The position numbers and the translations under genes were made by a program. The notes beneath the pieces are model-generated. The model was not told the DNA's origin, ran no database searches, and was given only the letters and a program-made list of their open reading frames with translations. Shown one piece after another: positions 12,211 to 26,575 of a stretch of DNA of 64,000 nt. Every line of letters starts with the position of its first letter. Within the stretch, counting starts at the first letter, position 1. Origin of the DNA: Octopus vulgaris (Eukaryota); contig OX597829.1 in NCBI GenBank assembly GCA_951406725.2, forward strand, positions 49,538,001 to 49,602,000, in the 5' to 3' direction.

Positions 12211-13416
12211 GAAAGACCGATATTCTATCCAATGATGGAATCAATTTACAATCATTGTTTTGGATCACCTAGCCCCTAGAAACAGCTGTTGGACTCGTAA
12301 AACTCTTATTCAAACCCTTTAATTCTTGATATCATTTCTGTTCTGTGTAAGTCGGACCTTTTTATGTGCAAACATATGCACATTCTCTGTATTAAATGTA
12401 TTTAATATTTTTTGTATATCGACTTGCTTAACCTGCTTGTCCTTACATTTACTCTTATGTGCGTGTGTATTGGTATATAAGGGTAAGAATCAGGGATCCA
12501 AGTAGAGGAAGTTTGTAAGTTTTAATGAGTCCGTGGCAGGTATAGAAAACAAGTGGACAGTGTACGGTCAGGAACAATAACAATTTATTGGTGTTGCGAG
12601 TTACTCACTTTTACTCATATCGAAGTTACAAGAAAATTCGATATAGTTAGAATCCACTGATACATAGCTTAAAAATCCACGTTTTCCTAAGAACACTTTC
12701 GCTTGATATTTTATCAGCTATTTACGAATATTTACTTTAAGAGACTGGCGTTTTCAGAAAAACGTGCCCATAATCATTACGGCGAACGAAGTCCACCATT
12801 GTGATTGTAGACACAAAATGCTTAATTTATTTAACCTGCGTAGAAAAACGAGTAGGTCTTAAAACAGTTAATAATAAATGAATTTCTTCCCAACAGTAAA
12901 ATATTCACAATATTTATATCCCTCTTGAGTAACAGAGCACGAATTTTGCTTTGCATTTCAAACAACTATGTCAAATATATGGTATTTGCAATAGGGAAAA
13001 TTTTATGCAAATGTTTGACCAGTGTTCCTATGTTGAAACTTATATATTTATGTAATCAGCATTGGAATAAATTTTCAGTGTTTGTCATCACAGCGTGGGG
13101 CGATAGTATTGCATACCGTTTTATCAACATCGTTAGGCCACATAGGGAATATAATATCTTGATTTCTTTTGCTCATCTCAGCTTTTTGACTGCGGCTTTG
13201 CTGGAGCGACACCTTCAAGGATTCAGTCGGGCAAATCGACCCCAACGCTTTTTTTTTTAATTCGGGAACTTTTTTTATCGGTTTCTTTTGCTGAATCGTT
13301 AAATTACGGAGACGTAGGTAAATCAATACCTGTTGTCAAGTAGTGGTTGCGGGAAGGAACACAAAGACAAACACGCTACACACATGCAAGAGCACACACA
13401 TATATATGTATATATA

Positions 13417-14669
13417 CAGGGTGTCCCCAAAAATGTATACACATTTTAAATAATTGTAAAGTAGGTGTTTATTGAAATACATTTCATTTTCAAAATTTAA
13501 CAGAATCTACAGACATTATTTTATTGTTTTATCAATGCCTGTTTTCAAACTGATGTCCATTCTGGTCCAGGTTCTGCTGACATCTCGAAGCAATGGAATT
13601 GCAAACATCACGAAACAATTCGTTTGGTATTTGTGTGCATTCTTGTTCAATGGCTGCTCTCAAATCAGCGACTGTTGCTGGTTTCATAGGGCAGACGTTG
13701 TCTTTTAGGTATGTCCGTACAAAAAAGTCTAGTGGTGTGCGATCTGGTGAACTCGGAGAGTATTCAACGAAACCCCTTCGTCCAATTCACCTGTTCGGCA
13801 AGATCTCATCAAGGAAGGACATAACGTCATGATGGTAGTGTAGGGATGCCCCATCTTACTGAAAATAAAACTCCTCATCTTCAAAGTCTTCTCTAATGCT
13901 TGACGGGAAAGACTGTTGCAGCAAGTTCAAGTAAACGGGACCGGTCACAGTAATGTCAAAAAAGAATGGTCCAATTAATCCTCTTGATGATAAACCACAC
14001 CACACTGTAACTCCAAGTAAATTAATATGGTGTTCCACCATAACATGCGGATTCTCAGGTCCACAATAGGGGAAGTTGTGGCGGTTAATTGAACCATTTA
14101 ATTTGAATATGGCCTCATCACTGCACACAATTTTTGTTGGAAAGTAAGTGTGCATCTTCTACACATCATGCCAGGAACCACTCGCAATACTGGATCATCG
14201 TCTCATCGTCATTAATAGCATTGACTAATTTTGGAATCCGTCGAAAACGCTTCAAAATGCATTGGACAGACGATTTTGAAATAACTACCTCACAACTCGA
14301 TTGCCGCACAGATTTTCTTGGACTTTGGTGATACATTTCTAGCACTCCTTCTTGCTTTGTTTGGTTTGTCGATGTTCGTGGTCTTCAGGAACGCTTTTCC
14401 TGGGCATTCTGAACAGTTCCATCAACTTCAAATTTAACTCTAATTCGAATGATGGTAAGTCGCGTTGGTGGATCTGTTTGAAACTCCATCCTAAACTGCC
14501 TTTGCATTTCAACTGCGTTTTCACTCTTCCAGTATCATTTTGGAATGAATGCCCTTCGTTTAAAGCTTAGTCTATCTGGCCTCATAAATTCTAATGGTTT
14601 TAATTTGGAAAGAAAAAATACCAATTGAGCTATCAGCTGCTAAAGTGTGTATATATCGTTTGGGACACC

Positions 14670-14672
<3 letters not shown>
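13417..14672 (-). mobile_element. Decayed Tc1/mariner transposon, DD41D (rosa/Visitor) type
   Basis: TIRs CAGGGTGTCCC... / ...GGGACACCCTG with TA at left; transposase remnants IVCSDEAIF...[16 protein letters not shown]...Q*DGA...SPDRTPLDFF; 41 residues between 2nd and 3rd D; stops and frameshifts. Confidence 0.9.
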
Positions 14673-14734
<62 letters not shown>

Positions 14735-14940
14735 CAATATTAGGGGTAGCAAAAAATTCAGCAGAAATTATTTTGCCACCAGCGGTATAGTGAGAAAAAG
14801 GAAATAGTCATAGACTATTAATAAATTCAACAGCTAATTGAGGAACGGCCATAATAGGCCGTTCGACCCACTAGAAGAAGCAGCCATGGCTTCAACCGCA
14901 AATAGTAGTAATTCCGTAAACAGAGGAAAATTAAAAAAAC
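14735..14940 (-). repeat. Interspersed repeat, same family as the fold-back at 42550-42811
   Basis: CCAGCGGT..AGTGAGAAA..GAAATAGTCA.AGACTAT...GGCCGTTC...GCAGC...ACCGCAAA(A)TAGTAGT shared. Confidence 0.7.
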
Positions 14941-15352
14941 ATTTACCCTGTTCATCTTTAGACAATGCATTGTTTCAGCGTTTTTTTAATGGTAAATCAG
15001 CCTGATTAAATTAAATCAAGTCAATCTTCCAAATATTGCCGAAGCATTAAGGTAGCAGCCTCGTGTAATTTCTCTCCCTCCTGGCTCCTTTACTGATGAA
15101 TTGCGGTTAACAACAATTTAGTTGTTATGTTTTTTTTCCAGCTGCGATCATCCAGTCCCTTTTAAAATTTTTTTTCTTTTTTGAAACGTACTGCATTTAA
15201 GACCAGGTTCTCAAACGTATACTTCAAATCCTATCCACAAATATATTATTCAATATGTTCTTTGTTCTTTTAAGACAATAGTTTGCGATTTGAAATATCT
15301 GGTTGCTATTTGTAGCAGAATGATCTCTTCTTTTTTAAAGACGACAGTGTTA

Positions 15353-15493
15353 TAAGGTTGTCCCAAAAGTTCGTAGAAAGTCTTGGAAAATAATGGTCTT
15401 TATTTTGAGGAATAATTTTTGTTGTTTTTGTTAGTACTTGGCGAGTAAAAATTCAATTTTCGCAAATGTTTACGAACTTTTGGGACAACCTAA
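15353..15493. mobile_element. Mariner-type MITE (~141 bp) with TA TSD
   Basis: TA|TAAGGTTGTCCCAAAAGTTCGTA ... TACGAACTTTTGGGACAACCTAA|TA. Confidence 0.85.
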
Positions 15494-15773
15494 TATTTTA
15501 ATGAGATTCGCCTTTTATTTCTAGCATGTAGACTGATCACGTAAATGCTCTCTCTCTCTCTCTCTCTCTCTCATTGGCTCCAGCCTTATCAATTTGATTG
15601 GAGACTTCAAAACCGCTGGTTGGAAATCGTTCAGTAGAAGCCATCATTCCCAGACTGAATAAACATGCATTCCGCATGAATTCGCGTCATACAGAGTCAA
15701 ACATTCTGTCTCCACCGCTTTTGTGAATGAAAATAAGTAGTACCAAAAATAAACATATAAACGCACGAGTCAG

Positions 15774-15828
<55 letters not shown>

Positions 15829-15912
15829 AAAATTTTTTTTTAAATGCAGAATGCTCAAATGAAAGAAAATTTTAATAAAATGAGAAATTGATAAAATATA
15901 TAAATATATATT

Positions 15913-15953
15913 TATTCAACCGGTTTTCGTCATTGTATGACTTGTCAAGAATA
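15913..15953 (-). ncRNA. Minimal type-I hammerhead, U3-A8 core variant (left copy)
   Basis: Reverse complement TATTC TTGACAA GTCA TACAA TGAC GAAA ACCGG TT GAATA. Confidence 0.75.
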
Positions 15954-16586
15954 TTTATGTTTTAAAAAGTTTTTTTAAAAATTAGAAAGGGGAAAAAAAG
16001 AAAATTGCATTGTTTTTTGTAAAAGAATAATGATAAAAATGTACAAAAATTAAAAAATAAGTTCTCCGATACATTGTGAGTTCGTTGTGTATCTTGAGTT
16101 TTATGGTTGTTTACGAAAAAATTACCTTGAGGTGTTAAGATCCAAAGGGATTAAGAGCATGTGTTGTGTTGTGTTGTTAAATTCAGCATGTTTGCAGGAC
16201 AGGAAGTAGTAGTAATTGTGGTCCTGGTTCTTCAGTTCCTGTGTTGTGAGTAAGGGGAGACAACTCTTTTGAGTTCTTCAATAAAACCCAAATTATAAAA
16301 TTATCATTTTAGCTTCATTTGCGTTATCTTTTTTATATAATTGCTTGTTAACTTAACTTTCAGATTTTAACACTTTATTTATATTATTTTCTAATTATAT
16401 AAATCTGCATAGACAATTGCATTTCAAATTGTCATATCATTTATAATAAAAATGATAGTAATAACAACAATAGTAAAAATGATATTTAAAGAATATAAGT
16501 TTTAGCTTGAAGTGATGAATGCATGGTATCTTTATATATTTGTGTTAGTCCATCCATGAAGAGTGAGGTAGAGAAAGGAAGTTTGA

Positions 16587-18730
16587 TCAACGAGGAGTTT
16601 GCATATTAAGTTGTGTTTGGAATTTTTCAATAAAGAGATTCTCCTTGTTAATTCTCTCCTGTGTGGTGATCCCGTCTTTACATTGGTAGAAGGGGAATAT
16701 ATAGAATTCGGGGTTTAAGTCTTTAGCACATGAGTCTAAGTGGTCACTCAGTGGAATTTGTCGGTATTCCGGGAGATTTATTTGTTCTTTATGCACCGTT
16801 ACTCGTTTACGTAACGGGAGACTCGTTTGTCCAACATAATTATGTTGGCAACCAGCGCATGTGAGAACGTAGATAAGGTTCTCGGAGGAACAGGAGAAGT
16901 TAGTCTTGATTTTAAACTTCGTACCTTGTTTGAAGGTAAATTCAGAGCCTTCAAGTAGAAAGGGGCAGGTATCACAGTTTGAGCGTGCACATTTTTTTAC
17001 TGTTGGGGGTGGATGTGGTGTGTGAAGTTTGGCATTTGTCAAGAGTTTTTTTAAAGATTTGTGTTGCCTTTTGCATTTGAGGATTTTGTGTGTATTTATA
17101 ATGTTTTTCATTTTTGGGTCTGTTGACAGTAGACTGAGGTTTTGTATGATTGTGGTGTATGCTTCGATATTTATTGGGGTTGTGGGTGGAAATGTATGGA
17201 AGTATTTTGAGGTTGTGTGTGGTGTTAGGTTGGGTGGTTTTCAGTGTAGTGTTGTCTAGTTCTTTGGCGCGTTTTATTCCATACTCTATAAGGGTGGAGG
17301 GATATTGACGTTGTAATAGTGTTTTTTTGAGGTCTTGAAGGCGTATTTCTCGTGTTTTTGGATCCGAGACAATGGTGCATACCCTTTTAGCTAAATTGAA
17401 AGGGATATTTGTCTTGGTGTGTTTTGGGTGGCATAAACTAAAGAGGAGGTATTGTTGTGAGTCTGTAGGTTTGTGGTAGATGTCTGTTATGATTTCGTTC
17501 TTAGGTGTTTTTATAATTAGGAGATCAAGGAATGGGAGATGATGTTTGCTTAATTCCATAGTGAATTGGATGTTGGGATGTATGTTGTTTAGTATGGTTT
17601 TGAATTCCAGGAGTTTTTCATAAGGTTCTTTCCATATGATGAAACAATCATCTAAATACCTTTTCCAGTTTTCCATTAGGTAGGTGTGGAAAACATGTCC
17701 AAATTTCTGGCTTGATATTTCATAGAGTGACAGTTCGAAGTAACCCATTATGAGGTTCGCAAGGACTGGTGCAGCCTTGGTACCCATCGCAATGCCACAT
17801 TTTTGACGGTAGTGTGTGTCGTCGAAGAGAAAAAAATTGTTTGTCAGAATGAACTTGAGAGATTCTGTAATAAAAGACTTGTTAATGCGGTCAGGGAATG
17901 TCTCTGGGTGTTTTTCTAGCCAGAAGTCAATTGCCTCTATACCATACTCATGTGGAATGTTGGTGTAGAGGTTGATGACATCAAAGGATACCAGGAGTGC
18001 CTCCTCGTTAACTGTTTTCGGGAGGTGTTTGAGCATGTCCAGATCATCCCTAATGAAACTTTTGATGTGGGTAAGGAAAGGTTTCAAAAGGATGTCTAGG
18101 AAGTTACTCAGGCGGTGTGTTTCACAGGAGGTACCAGCCACGATGGGCCTTAGTTTTAGGTCCTCCGGTGCTTTGATGTTGATGTGGATGTCAGTGGAGA
18201 GTTTGCAGGCTTCGGTGATGTATTTGTTTTTATGGATTTTAGGAAGGCCATAAAAAAGGCTGGGCTTGCATTTGAAAATGGTGATATAATCCCTTTCTTT
18301 TTCTGTGAGTCCCTGACCGTGTTGGCGTATGAGTGTGGTGAGGTTTCTGATTGTTTTTTGCTGTTTGTAGTTGTTAATAACCTCATAGAAAATGTTATTG
18401 TTAAGCATGGAAAACACTAGGTGTTTATAAAATTCCGTGTCCATAAGGACCACAGCACTCCCTTTGTCCGCTTCTTTGATGGTGAGGTTTTTATCCAGTT
18501 GTATGTCACGTAGGTTTTCCCATTCTTCCTTACTGAAATTGGATTTTACCTTGGTTTTGCTTGGGGTAAAGGGGAGACTCTGGATGTGTTTGCAGAAATC
18601 GTCCAGTGTTTTATTTCTCCCTTTTGGTGGTAGGAAGTTGCTTTTATTTCTGATCAATGAATCGTCCCCATTGTTGATATCTGTCAAAGCTTCTGTTAGG
18701 CGAAGTTTTCTGCAGAATTCAGAAACGTCA
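16587..18730 (-). pseudogene. PLE RT + GIY-YIG endonuclease ORF, one frameshift near 17170
   Basis: ORFs 16972-18759 and 16587-17111 join if one A is removed at HNPN-K/N. Confidence 0.88.
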
Positions 18731-21400
18731 TCCTTATGGACACGGAATTTTATAAACACCTAGTGTTTTCCATGCTTAACAATAACATTTTCTATGAGGT
18801 TATTAACAACTACAAACAGCAAAAAACAATCAGAAACCTCACCACACTCATACGCCAACACGGTCAGGGACTCACAGAAAAAGAAAGGGATTATATCACC
18901 ATTTTCAAATGCAAGCCCAGCCTTTTTATGGCCTTCCTAAAATCCATAAAAACAAATACATCACCGAAGCCTGCAAACTCTCCACTGACATCCACATCAA
19001 CATCAAAGCACCGGAGGACCTAAAACTAAGGCCCATCGTGGCTGGTACCTCCTGTGAAACACACCGCCTGAGTAACTTCCTAGACATCCTTTTGAAACCT
19101 TTCCTTACCCACATCAAAAGTTTCATTAGGGATGATCTGGACATGCTCAAACACCTCCCGAAAACAGTTAACGAGGAGGCACTCCTGGTATCCTTTGATG
19201 TCATCAACCTCTACACCAACATTCCACATGAGTATGGTATAGAGGCAATTGACTTCTGGCTAGAAAAACACCCAGAGACATTCCCTGACCGCATTAACAA
19301 GTCTTTTATTACAGAATCTCTCAAGTTCATTCTGACAAACAATTTTTTCTCTTCGACGACACACACTACCGTCAAAAATGTGGCATTGCGATGGGTACCA
19401 AGGCTGCACCAGTCCTTGCGAACCTCATAATGGGTTACTTCGAACTGTCACTCTATGAAATATCAAGCCAGAAATTTGGACATGTTTTCCACACCTACCT
19501 AATGGAAAACTGGAAAAGGTATTTAGATGATTGTTTCATCATATGGAAAGAACCTTATGAAAAACTCCTGGAATTCAAAACCATACTAAACAATATACAT
19601 CCCAACATCCAATTCACTATGGAATTAAGCAAACATCATCTCCCATTCCTTGATCTCCTAATTATAAAAACACCTAAGAACGAAATCATAACAGACATCT
19701 ACCACAAACCTACAGACTCACAACAATACCTCCTCTTTAGTTTATGCCACCCAAAACACACCAAGACAAATATCCCTTTCAATTTAGCTAAAAGGGTATG
19801 CACCATTGTCTCGGATCCAAAAACACGAGAAATACGCCTTCAAGACCTCAAAAAAACACTATTACAACGTCAATATCCCTCCACCCTTATAGAGTATGGA
19901 ATAAAACGCGCCAAAGAACTAGACAACACTACACTGAAAACCACCCAACCTAACACCACACACAACCTCAAAATACTTCCATACATTTCCACCCACAACC
20001 CCAATAAATATCGAAGCATACACCACAATCATACAAAACCTCAGTCTACTGTCAACAGACCCAAAAATGAAAAACATTATAAATACACACAAAATCCTCA
20101 AATGCAAAAGGCAACACAAATCTTTAAAAAACTCTTGACAAATGCCAAACTTCACACACCACATCCACCCCCAACAGTAAAAAAATGTGCACGCTCAAAC
20201 TGTGATACCTGCCCCTTTCTACTTGAAGGCTCTGAATTTACCTTCAAACAAGGTACGAAGTTTAAAATCAAGACTAACTTTTCCTGTTCCTCCGAGAACC
20301 TTATCTACGTTCTCACATGCGCTGGTTGCCAACATAATTATGTTGGACAAACGAGTCTCCCGTTACGTAAACGAGTAACGGTGCATAAAGAACAAATAAA
20401 TCTCCCGGAATACCGACAAATTCCACTGAGTGACCACTTAGACTCATGTGCTAAAGACTTAAACCCCAAATTCTATATATTCCCCTTCTACCAATGTAAA
20501 GACGGGATCACCACACAGGAGAGAATTAACAAGGAGAATCTCTTTATTGAAAAATTCCAAACACAACTTAATATGCAAACTCCTCGTTGATCAAACTTCC
20601 TTTCTCTACCTCACTCTTCATGGATGGACTAACACAAATATATAAAGATACCATGCATTCATCACTTCAAGCTAAAACTTATATTCTTTAAATATCATTT
20701 TTACTATTGTTGTTATTACTATCATTTTTATTATAAATGATATGACAATTTGAAATGCAATTGTCTATGCAGATTTATATAATTAGAAAATAATATAAAT
20801 AAAGTGTTAAAATCTGAAAGTTAAGTTAACAAGCAATTATATAAAAAAGATAACGCAAATGAAGCTAAAATGATAATTTTATAATTTGGGTTTTATTGAA
20901 GAACTCAAAAGAGTTGTCTCCCCTTACTCACAACACAGGAACTGAAGAACCAGGACCACAATTACTACTACTTCCTGTCCTGCAAACATGCTGAATTTAA
21001 CAACACAACACAACACATGCTCTTAATCCCTTTGGATCTTAACACCTCAAGGTAATTTTTTCGTAAACAACCATAAAACTCAAGATACACAACGAACTCA
21101 CAATGTATCGGAGAACTTATTTTTTAATTTTTGTACATTTTTATCATTATTCTTTTACAAAAAACAATGCAATTTTCTTTTTTTCCCCTTTCTAATTTTT
21201 AAAAAAACTTTTTAAAACATAAATATTCTTGACAAGTCATACAATGACGAAAACCGGTTGAATAAATATATATTTATATATTTTATCAATTTCTCATTTT
21301 ATTAAAATTTTCTTTCATTTGAGCATTCTGCATTTTTAAAAAACTTTTTCGTTACTTATCATTTCTCCACGTGCGGTCAACACAACCCCACCATTTATTG

Positions 21401-21404
<4 letters not shown>
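18731..21404 (+). mobile_element. Penelope-like element (Neptune-type), right inverted copy with extra ~65-bp 3' tail
   Basis: Near-identical reverse complement of ~15835-18449; ORF pieces 18736-19023, 18909-19430, 19391-20590; unique 21340-21404 then (TA)n. Confidence 0.93.
21224..21264 (+). ncRNA. Minimal type-I hammerhead, U3-A8 core variant (right copy)
   Basis: TATTC TTGACAA GTCA TACAA TGAC GAAA ACCGG TT GAATA; palindromic stem III ACCGGT. Confidence 0.75.
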
Positions 21405-21434
<30 letters not shown>

Positions 21435-21453
21435 GTATATATATATACATATA

Positions 21454-21554
<101 letters not shown>

Positions 21555-21775
21555 GGCCGCGGCCTTCGGGCTAAAACATTTTTAAGGATTTATATATATA
21601 TATATACATATGTATATCTATGTATATATATATATACATATATATATACATATATATATGTATATATATATATATACGTATATATATATACATATATATC
21701 CGTATATATATATATACATATATATATGTATATATATATATGTATATATATATATACATAGATATACATATGTAG

Positions 21776-21810
<35 letters not shown>

Positions 21811-21874
21811 CATACATATATATATATATACACACACACATGCATACATACATACATACATACATGCATGCATG

Positions 21875-21924
<50 letters not shown>

Positions 21925-22204
21925 CATACATATACATATATATATATATATATATTTAAACCCTTTGAATTCGTGAAAGGATCCGGTAGCAAATGACGCC
22001 TTTCCTACGTCTGGAAATAGTTTGCATCTCGAGGGGAAAACTGTTGGCTGAGTCTTAAGCAAAATGTCATGCCTCTGGAAGCAACCTTAACATGCATCGA
22101 AATCGTTAAATGTCAACGAGTTAACGCATCAATCCTTTGATAAGATAAAATCTTCGACATTATCACATTCTCTTCGAAATGACGTTGACAGCAACGACGC
22201 CGAT

Positions 22205-22245
<41 letters not shown>

Positions 22246-22487
22246 ATATACCAGATCCGGTTTAGTTAATTGGTGTTTGTATGTGTGTGTGTATTTGTGT
22301 GTGTGTGTGCGTGTGTGCGTGTGTTTCAAAGCACGTGGTCTAGTAGTAAGGGTGTTGTCTTCAAGACTTGTGGTTTCCATTCCCAAATCGGCGGTGTGTT
22401 GTGTTCTTCATTTTATGATCAGGGATAATCTGTTATATATATAGTTTTATATACATGCATACATACACACACACACACACTCACACA

Positions 22488-22569
<82 letters not shown>

Positions 22570-23140
22570 TGTATGTATGTATGTATATATATAATCAAAA
22601 TAAACAACAGCATATGAAGTAGTGATGCAGTACGACCGTTTCAAGCAGCTCCATTTAATTGAACAATGCAATCATTACATCAATTTAAACGCAGTGCCAT
22701 CTTCAGCTGCACAAACAAATAAATAGAATTTTAACAAGTAGGACACATTAGTATAAATTTTCTCAAATATTTTAACAGAGCAAGAAGATGGAATAAATTC
22801 ATGTTGCCGCTATTGTAGCTAAGAATAGACAACACTTCCAAGAATCGTATGAAGCCTATTGGGGTTAGAGTGTTGTAAGGGATTGTAATTCATTTCTAAT
22901 TCATTTGTCTATTTCTCAACTACTAAATCTAAGACTACAAGACTGTGCTTATTTTGAATAAAGAAGAATGTATATATATATATGTATATGTATATGTATA
23001 TTTAAATATACATACATATATATACATATATACATATATATATATGCATGTATATATATATGTATATCTTTACACACACACATACACACGCACGCACGCA
23101 CGTACACACACACACATATATATGTTTTTTATATATATAT

Positions 23141-23326
23141 TGCAAAATGTGTGAAATCCTTGGTACAGTTAGGTATATTTGAAAAAGTAAAAGAATTACT
23201 TCACTGGTAGTTCTAATCTATTTAATTTTCTAATGTAATATAATTTTACAGTTTGATTTTTTAGATATCTATTATTAGAAAATTAAATAGATTAGAACTA
23301 CCAGTGAAGTAATTCTTTTACTTTTT
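23141..23326. repeat. Fold-back element: 53-bp perfect arms plus left tail, in TA-rich repeat
   Basis: 23182-23234 / 23274-23326. Confidence 0.85.
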
Positions 23327-23357
23327 GATATATACATACATACCTATATATATATAT

Positions 23358-23583
23358 AAATAAGGAATATCGATATTTAAATATCGATATTATCAAGTGG
23401 CCAGCACGGGAAAAATACCGTACAAAGGTAATAATTTTTTTACAACTAAAAATAAGAGTGTCTGAGAGACACCACCATGCCGAAATAGCAGTCATAACCC
23501 TTTAAAAACCCGTGGTTTTTAAAGTCAGGGTTATGACTGCTATTTCGGCATGGTGGTGTCTCTCAGCCACCCTTATTTTTAGT

Positions 23584-23587
<4 letters not shown>
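23358..23587. repeat. Fold-back element: ~61-bp arms plus left tail, in (TA)n
   Basis: 23441-23501 / 23527-23587. Confidence 0.85.
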
Positions 23588-23652
<65 letters not shown>

Positions 23653-25480
23653 GGAGTTACTAAGCAGCTGTTTACTGAACCGATGAGTGACACTTTATCG
23701 AGCACAAAAGAGGAATTGGATGCTCATATCAAAGAAACCTAGAGTGATCCAAAGTGTAACCAGCCACTGCCACCAATAAATGGGCTAAATTATCTCTTAG
23801 AATCTGATATCGAATTTCAAATTAGGGATATCAGGGAGAAAGAGGTGAATGATTTCGTGAGAAAAGCAAAGGCTGCCCCAGGAGGCGATGACCTCTCTTA
23901 TAAAGTATATAGGTATTGCAATCGTCTACGAAAGAAGTTCTTTGTCTTGCTTCGGCAGCTGTGACGCTAAGAGACTCTAGTAGAGAATTGGTATAAGGCA
24001 GAAGGCATACACCTGCCGAAGAAGGCCAATGCAGAGATTATAAAACAGTTTAGGCCGATATTCTTATTGAATGTGGAAGGCATGATCTTTATAAGAATTC
24101 TCTCAAGGAGAACAGTGGAATATCTCCAGAGAAATGGATATGTTGATGAAGCTTTTTCAAAGGGTCGGAATCCCTGGGATCCTTGGATGCGTTGAGCGTT
24201 GTTTTTCGACTTGGAAAGCAATCCAGGATGCCAAACAGAACGAGACAAGTCTGGACCTGGTATGGCTTGACCTAGCCAATGCATATGCCTCAGTGCCATT
24301 TCTGATGAGAGCCATGGACCACTTCCACATTTCAGAAAAAGTAACAAGATTATTGAGGATATATTATGACTGATTCGAGATGAGGTTTACAGCTAGAAAT
24401 TTTACAACAGATTGGCACCGATTGGAGACTGGCGTTGCAGATTGTCGCACAATATCTGTCACGTGGTTTGTCTTAGTCATGGAGATGATTTTGAAAGCAG
24501 TGGACTTTTCGGAACAAATCACCCATGAAGGCCTTCATGGATGAAATGACACTTCTATTGACAGACAAGCAAATCATGCAGTGTGCCCTCTTGAGGCCAG
24601 ACGAGCTTCTGAAGTGGTCAAGATTGCGATTCAGAGCAAAAAGTCACGTAGTCTGACATTTGTTAAGTGAGTGCAACAAGATGTTAAGTTTAAAATAGCT
24701 GAAGAAAGCATTCCAGCAGTCAAGGAAGAACCCATCATGAGCTTGGGACGTGTATACCCTGGAACATTGTCAAACAGGAGTCGCAGAATGCAAATTTTGA
24801 AACAAGCCGAGGATGGATTAACAACAATTGATAACTCAAAGTTACCAAGTAAACATAAAATATGGTGCTTACAGTTCAGCTTCTATCCGTGCCTTTCGTG
24901 GCCACTTTTAATTTACGAGGTGGCACTATCATGAGTTCAAATCATTGGACAAAAGCGTAATGTGTTCACTAGAAAGTGGCTAGATCTACCTCGGATAATG
25001 AACAGTTCAGCTCTGGTGTCAGTAGTCAAAATTTATAAACTAGGGAAGATACGAACGGTGATAATACTGAAAGAGTCGAAGGACATAGAAATTAGACGTA
25101 ATCCACTAGATGTAAAAATGGTCAGGAAGTGGAAAGCAGAAGCAGAAACCGATGACATTCTGTCTTCTCATACACACTGAAATATGGTGGGTGCAACGCA
25201 AATTCATCGGAATGGACTTGAATTTGGCGCAGATCGGTTCAAGACCGTTTGCGAGTATGATGCAGATCGAACGCAGATTTGATGTTAGCAACAGCCTCAA
25301 AACAAGGGAAACAGAGAGAAGGGGTTTTCATTTGATCCAATGCTCTCAACAAGGACAGATCACGAAATGGGGAGGGGGACATATTGTTGAGAGAAAAATA
25401 AGATGGAATGAGATATGGAGATGGACTACATCACGGCTACGTTTTCTGATTCGTTCATCCTATGATGTCTTGCCATCTAG

Positions 25481-25749
25481 CTCCACGAGGCTCCGGCAGG
25501 GGATGGCGGTGATCCCTGCTGTACTCTTTCACCACAACTTTCTCTCACTCTTACTTCCTGTTTCTGTTGTACCTGTATTTCAAAGGGCCGGCCTTGACAC
25601 TCTCTGTGTCACGCTGAATATCCCCGAGAACTACGTTAAGGGTACACGTGTCTGTGGAGTGCTCAGCCACTTACACTTTAATTTCATGAGCAGGCTGTTC
25701 CGTTGATTCGGAACCCTCGTCGTCGTAACCGACGGAGTGCTTCCTCCAA
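25481..25749 (+). mobile_element. 5'-truncated SINE family C inserted in the HERO-like element
   Basis: 17-bp TSD GATGTCTTGCCATCTAG (25464-25480, 25750-25766); matches 52125-52401. Confidence 0.93.
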
Positions 25750-26141
25750 GATGTCTTGCCATCTAGAAAGATGAAACGTCTCAGAAAATGATAACTGCAA
25801 ATGCGATAAAGTCGGAACACTGAAACATATTCTTTCCAACTGTTTACTGGCATTGAATAGATATACATGGAGACACAACCTGATCCCTATGGTTACCTTC
25901 AATGTTGCAAAGAACCAAATTGCTCTCATCAACAATGAAAAAAAGAAACCATTGAAAGAACCAGCCAGAGATTTCATTACCTTCGAGTGCACAAGACAGC
26001 AGATCCACTTCAAGAAGAAGAAACTTCCTTTGAGCGATGAAATGTGGAACGGCTTTTGGGAGGTGGCTGCAGATTTACCAAGGTGACAAGGATTCTTTTC
26101 CGTCCCAGTTACGAAAACAAACCCCAGATATTATAATGTGA

Positions 26142-26200
<59 letters not shown>

Positions 26201-26575
26201 TGGTGAATCTAGTCGAGTTAACGGTTCCTCATGAAGATAACATGGACGCCGCTCGGGATCAAAGGAGTGACCGTTATGTAAAACACCTTGAGGAATGTAA
26301 AAACGCAGGTTGGAAAGCAGAGCGTTTTCCTATCGAAGTCGGGTGTAGAGGGTTTCTTGGACACGGTGTGAGACGAATGTTGTTATCATTAGGACCTAAC
26401 TTATCATAAAGTCAATACCACCATGACCGATATCCAAACTACAGTGGAAAAAGCTAGCCACTGGATTTGGTTAAAAAGAGACGAGCGATGGCTAAAAGAA
26501 TATTGAGCTTTATTTGATAACCAGCTGATCTAGCCAGCAAAGACTATATCAGTGTGATGGTTCAGTGCGCATTGA

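Larger units (their letters stand above)
15826..18730 (-). mobile_element. Penelope-like element (Neptune-type), left copy, 5'-truncated
   Basis: RT motifs LRPIV, SFDVINLYTNIP, GIAMGT, RYLDD, LPFLD; Cys linker C-x4-CDTC; GIY-YIG NLIYVLTCAGC..YVGQT..LRKR; ~750-bp 3' region ending in (TA)n. Confidence 0.93.

Noticed and set aside
12225-12296. GAAACAGCTGTT palindrome typical of PLE hammerheads (also weak candidates at 380-415 and 4195-4250)
   Set aside because: No intact CUGANGA core or stem II in register.
15826-21404. Palindrome as a pure sequencing fold-back artefact
   Set aside because: Outer flanks are unrelated, the right arm has a unique tail and the arms differ by substitutions. The right-arm homopolymer frameshifts may still be consensus errors.
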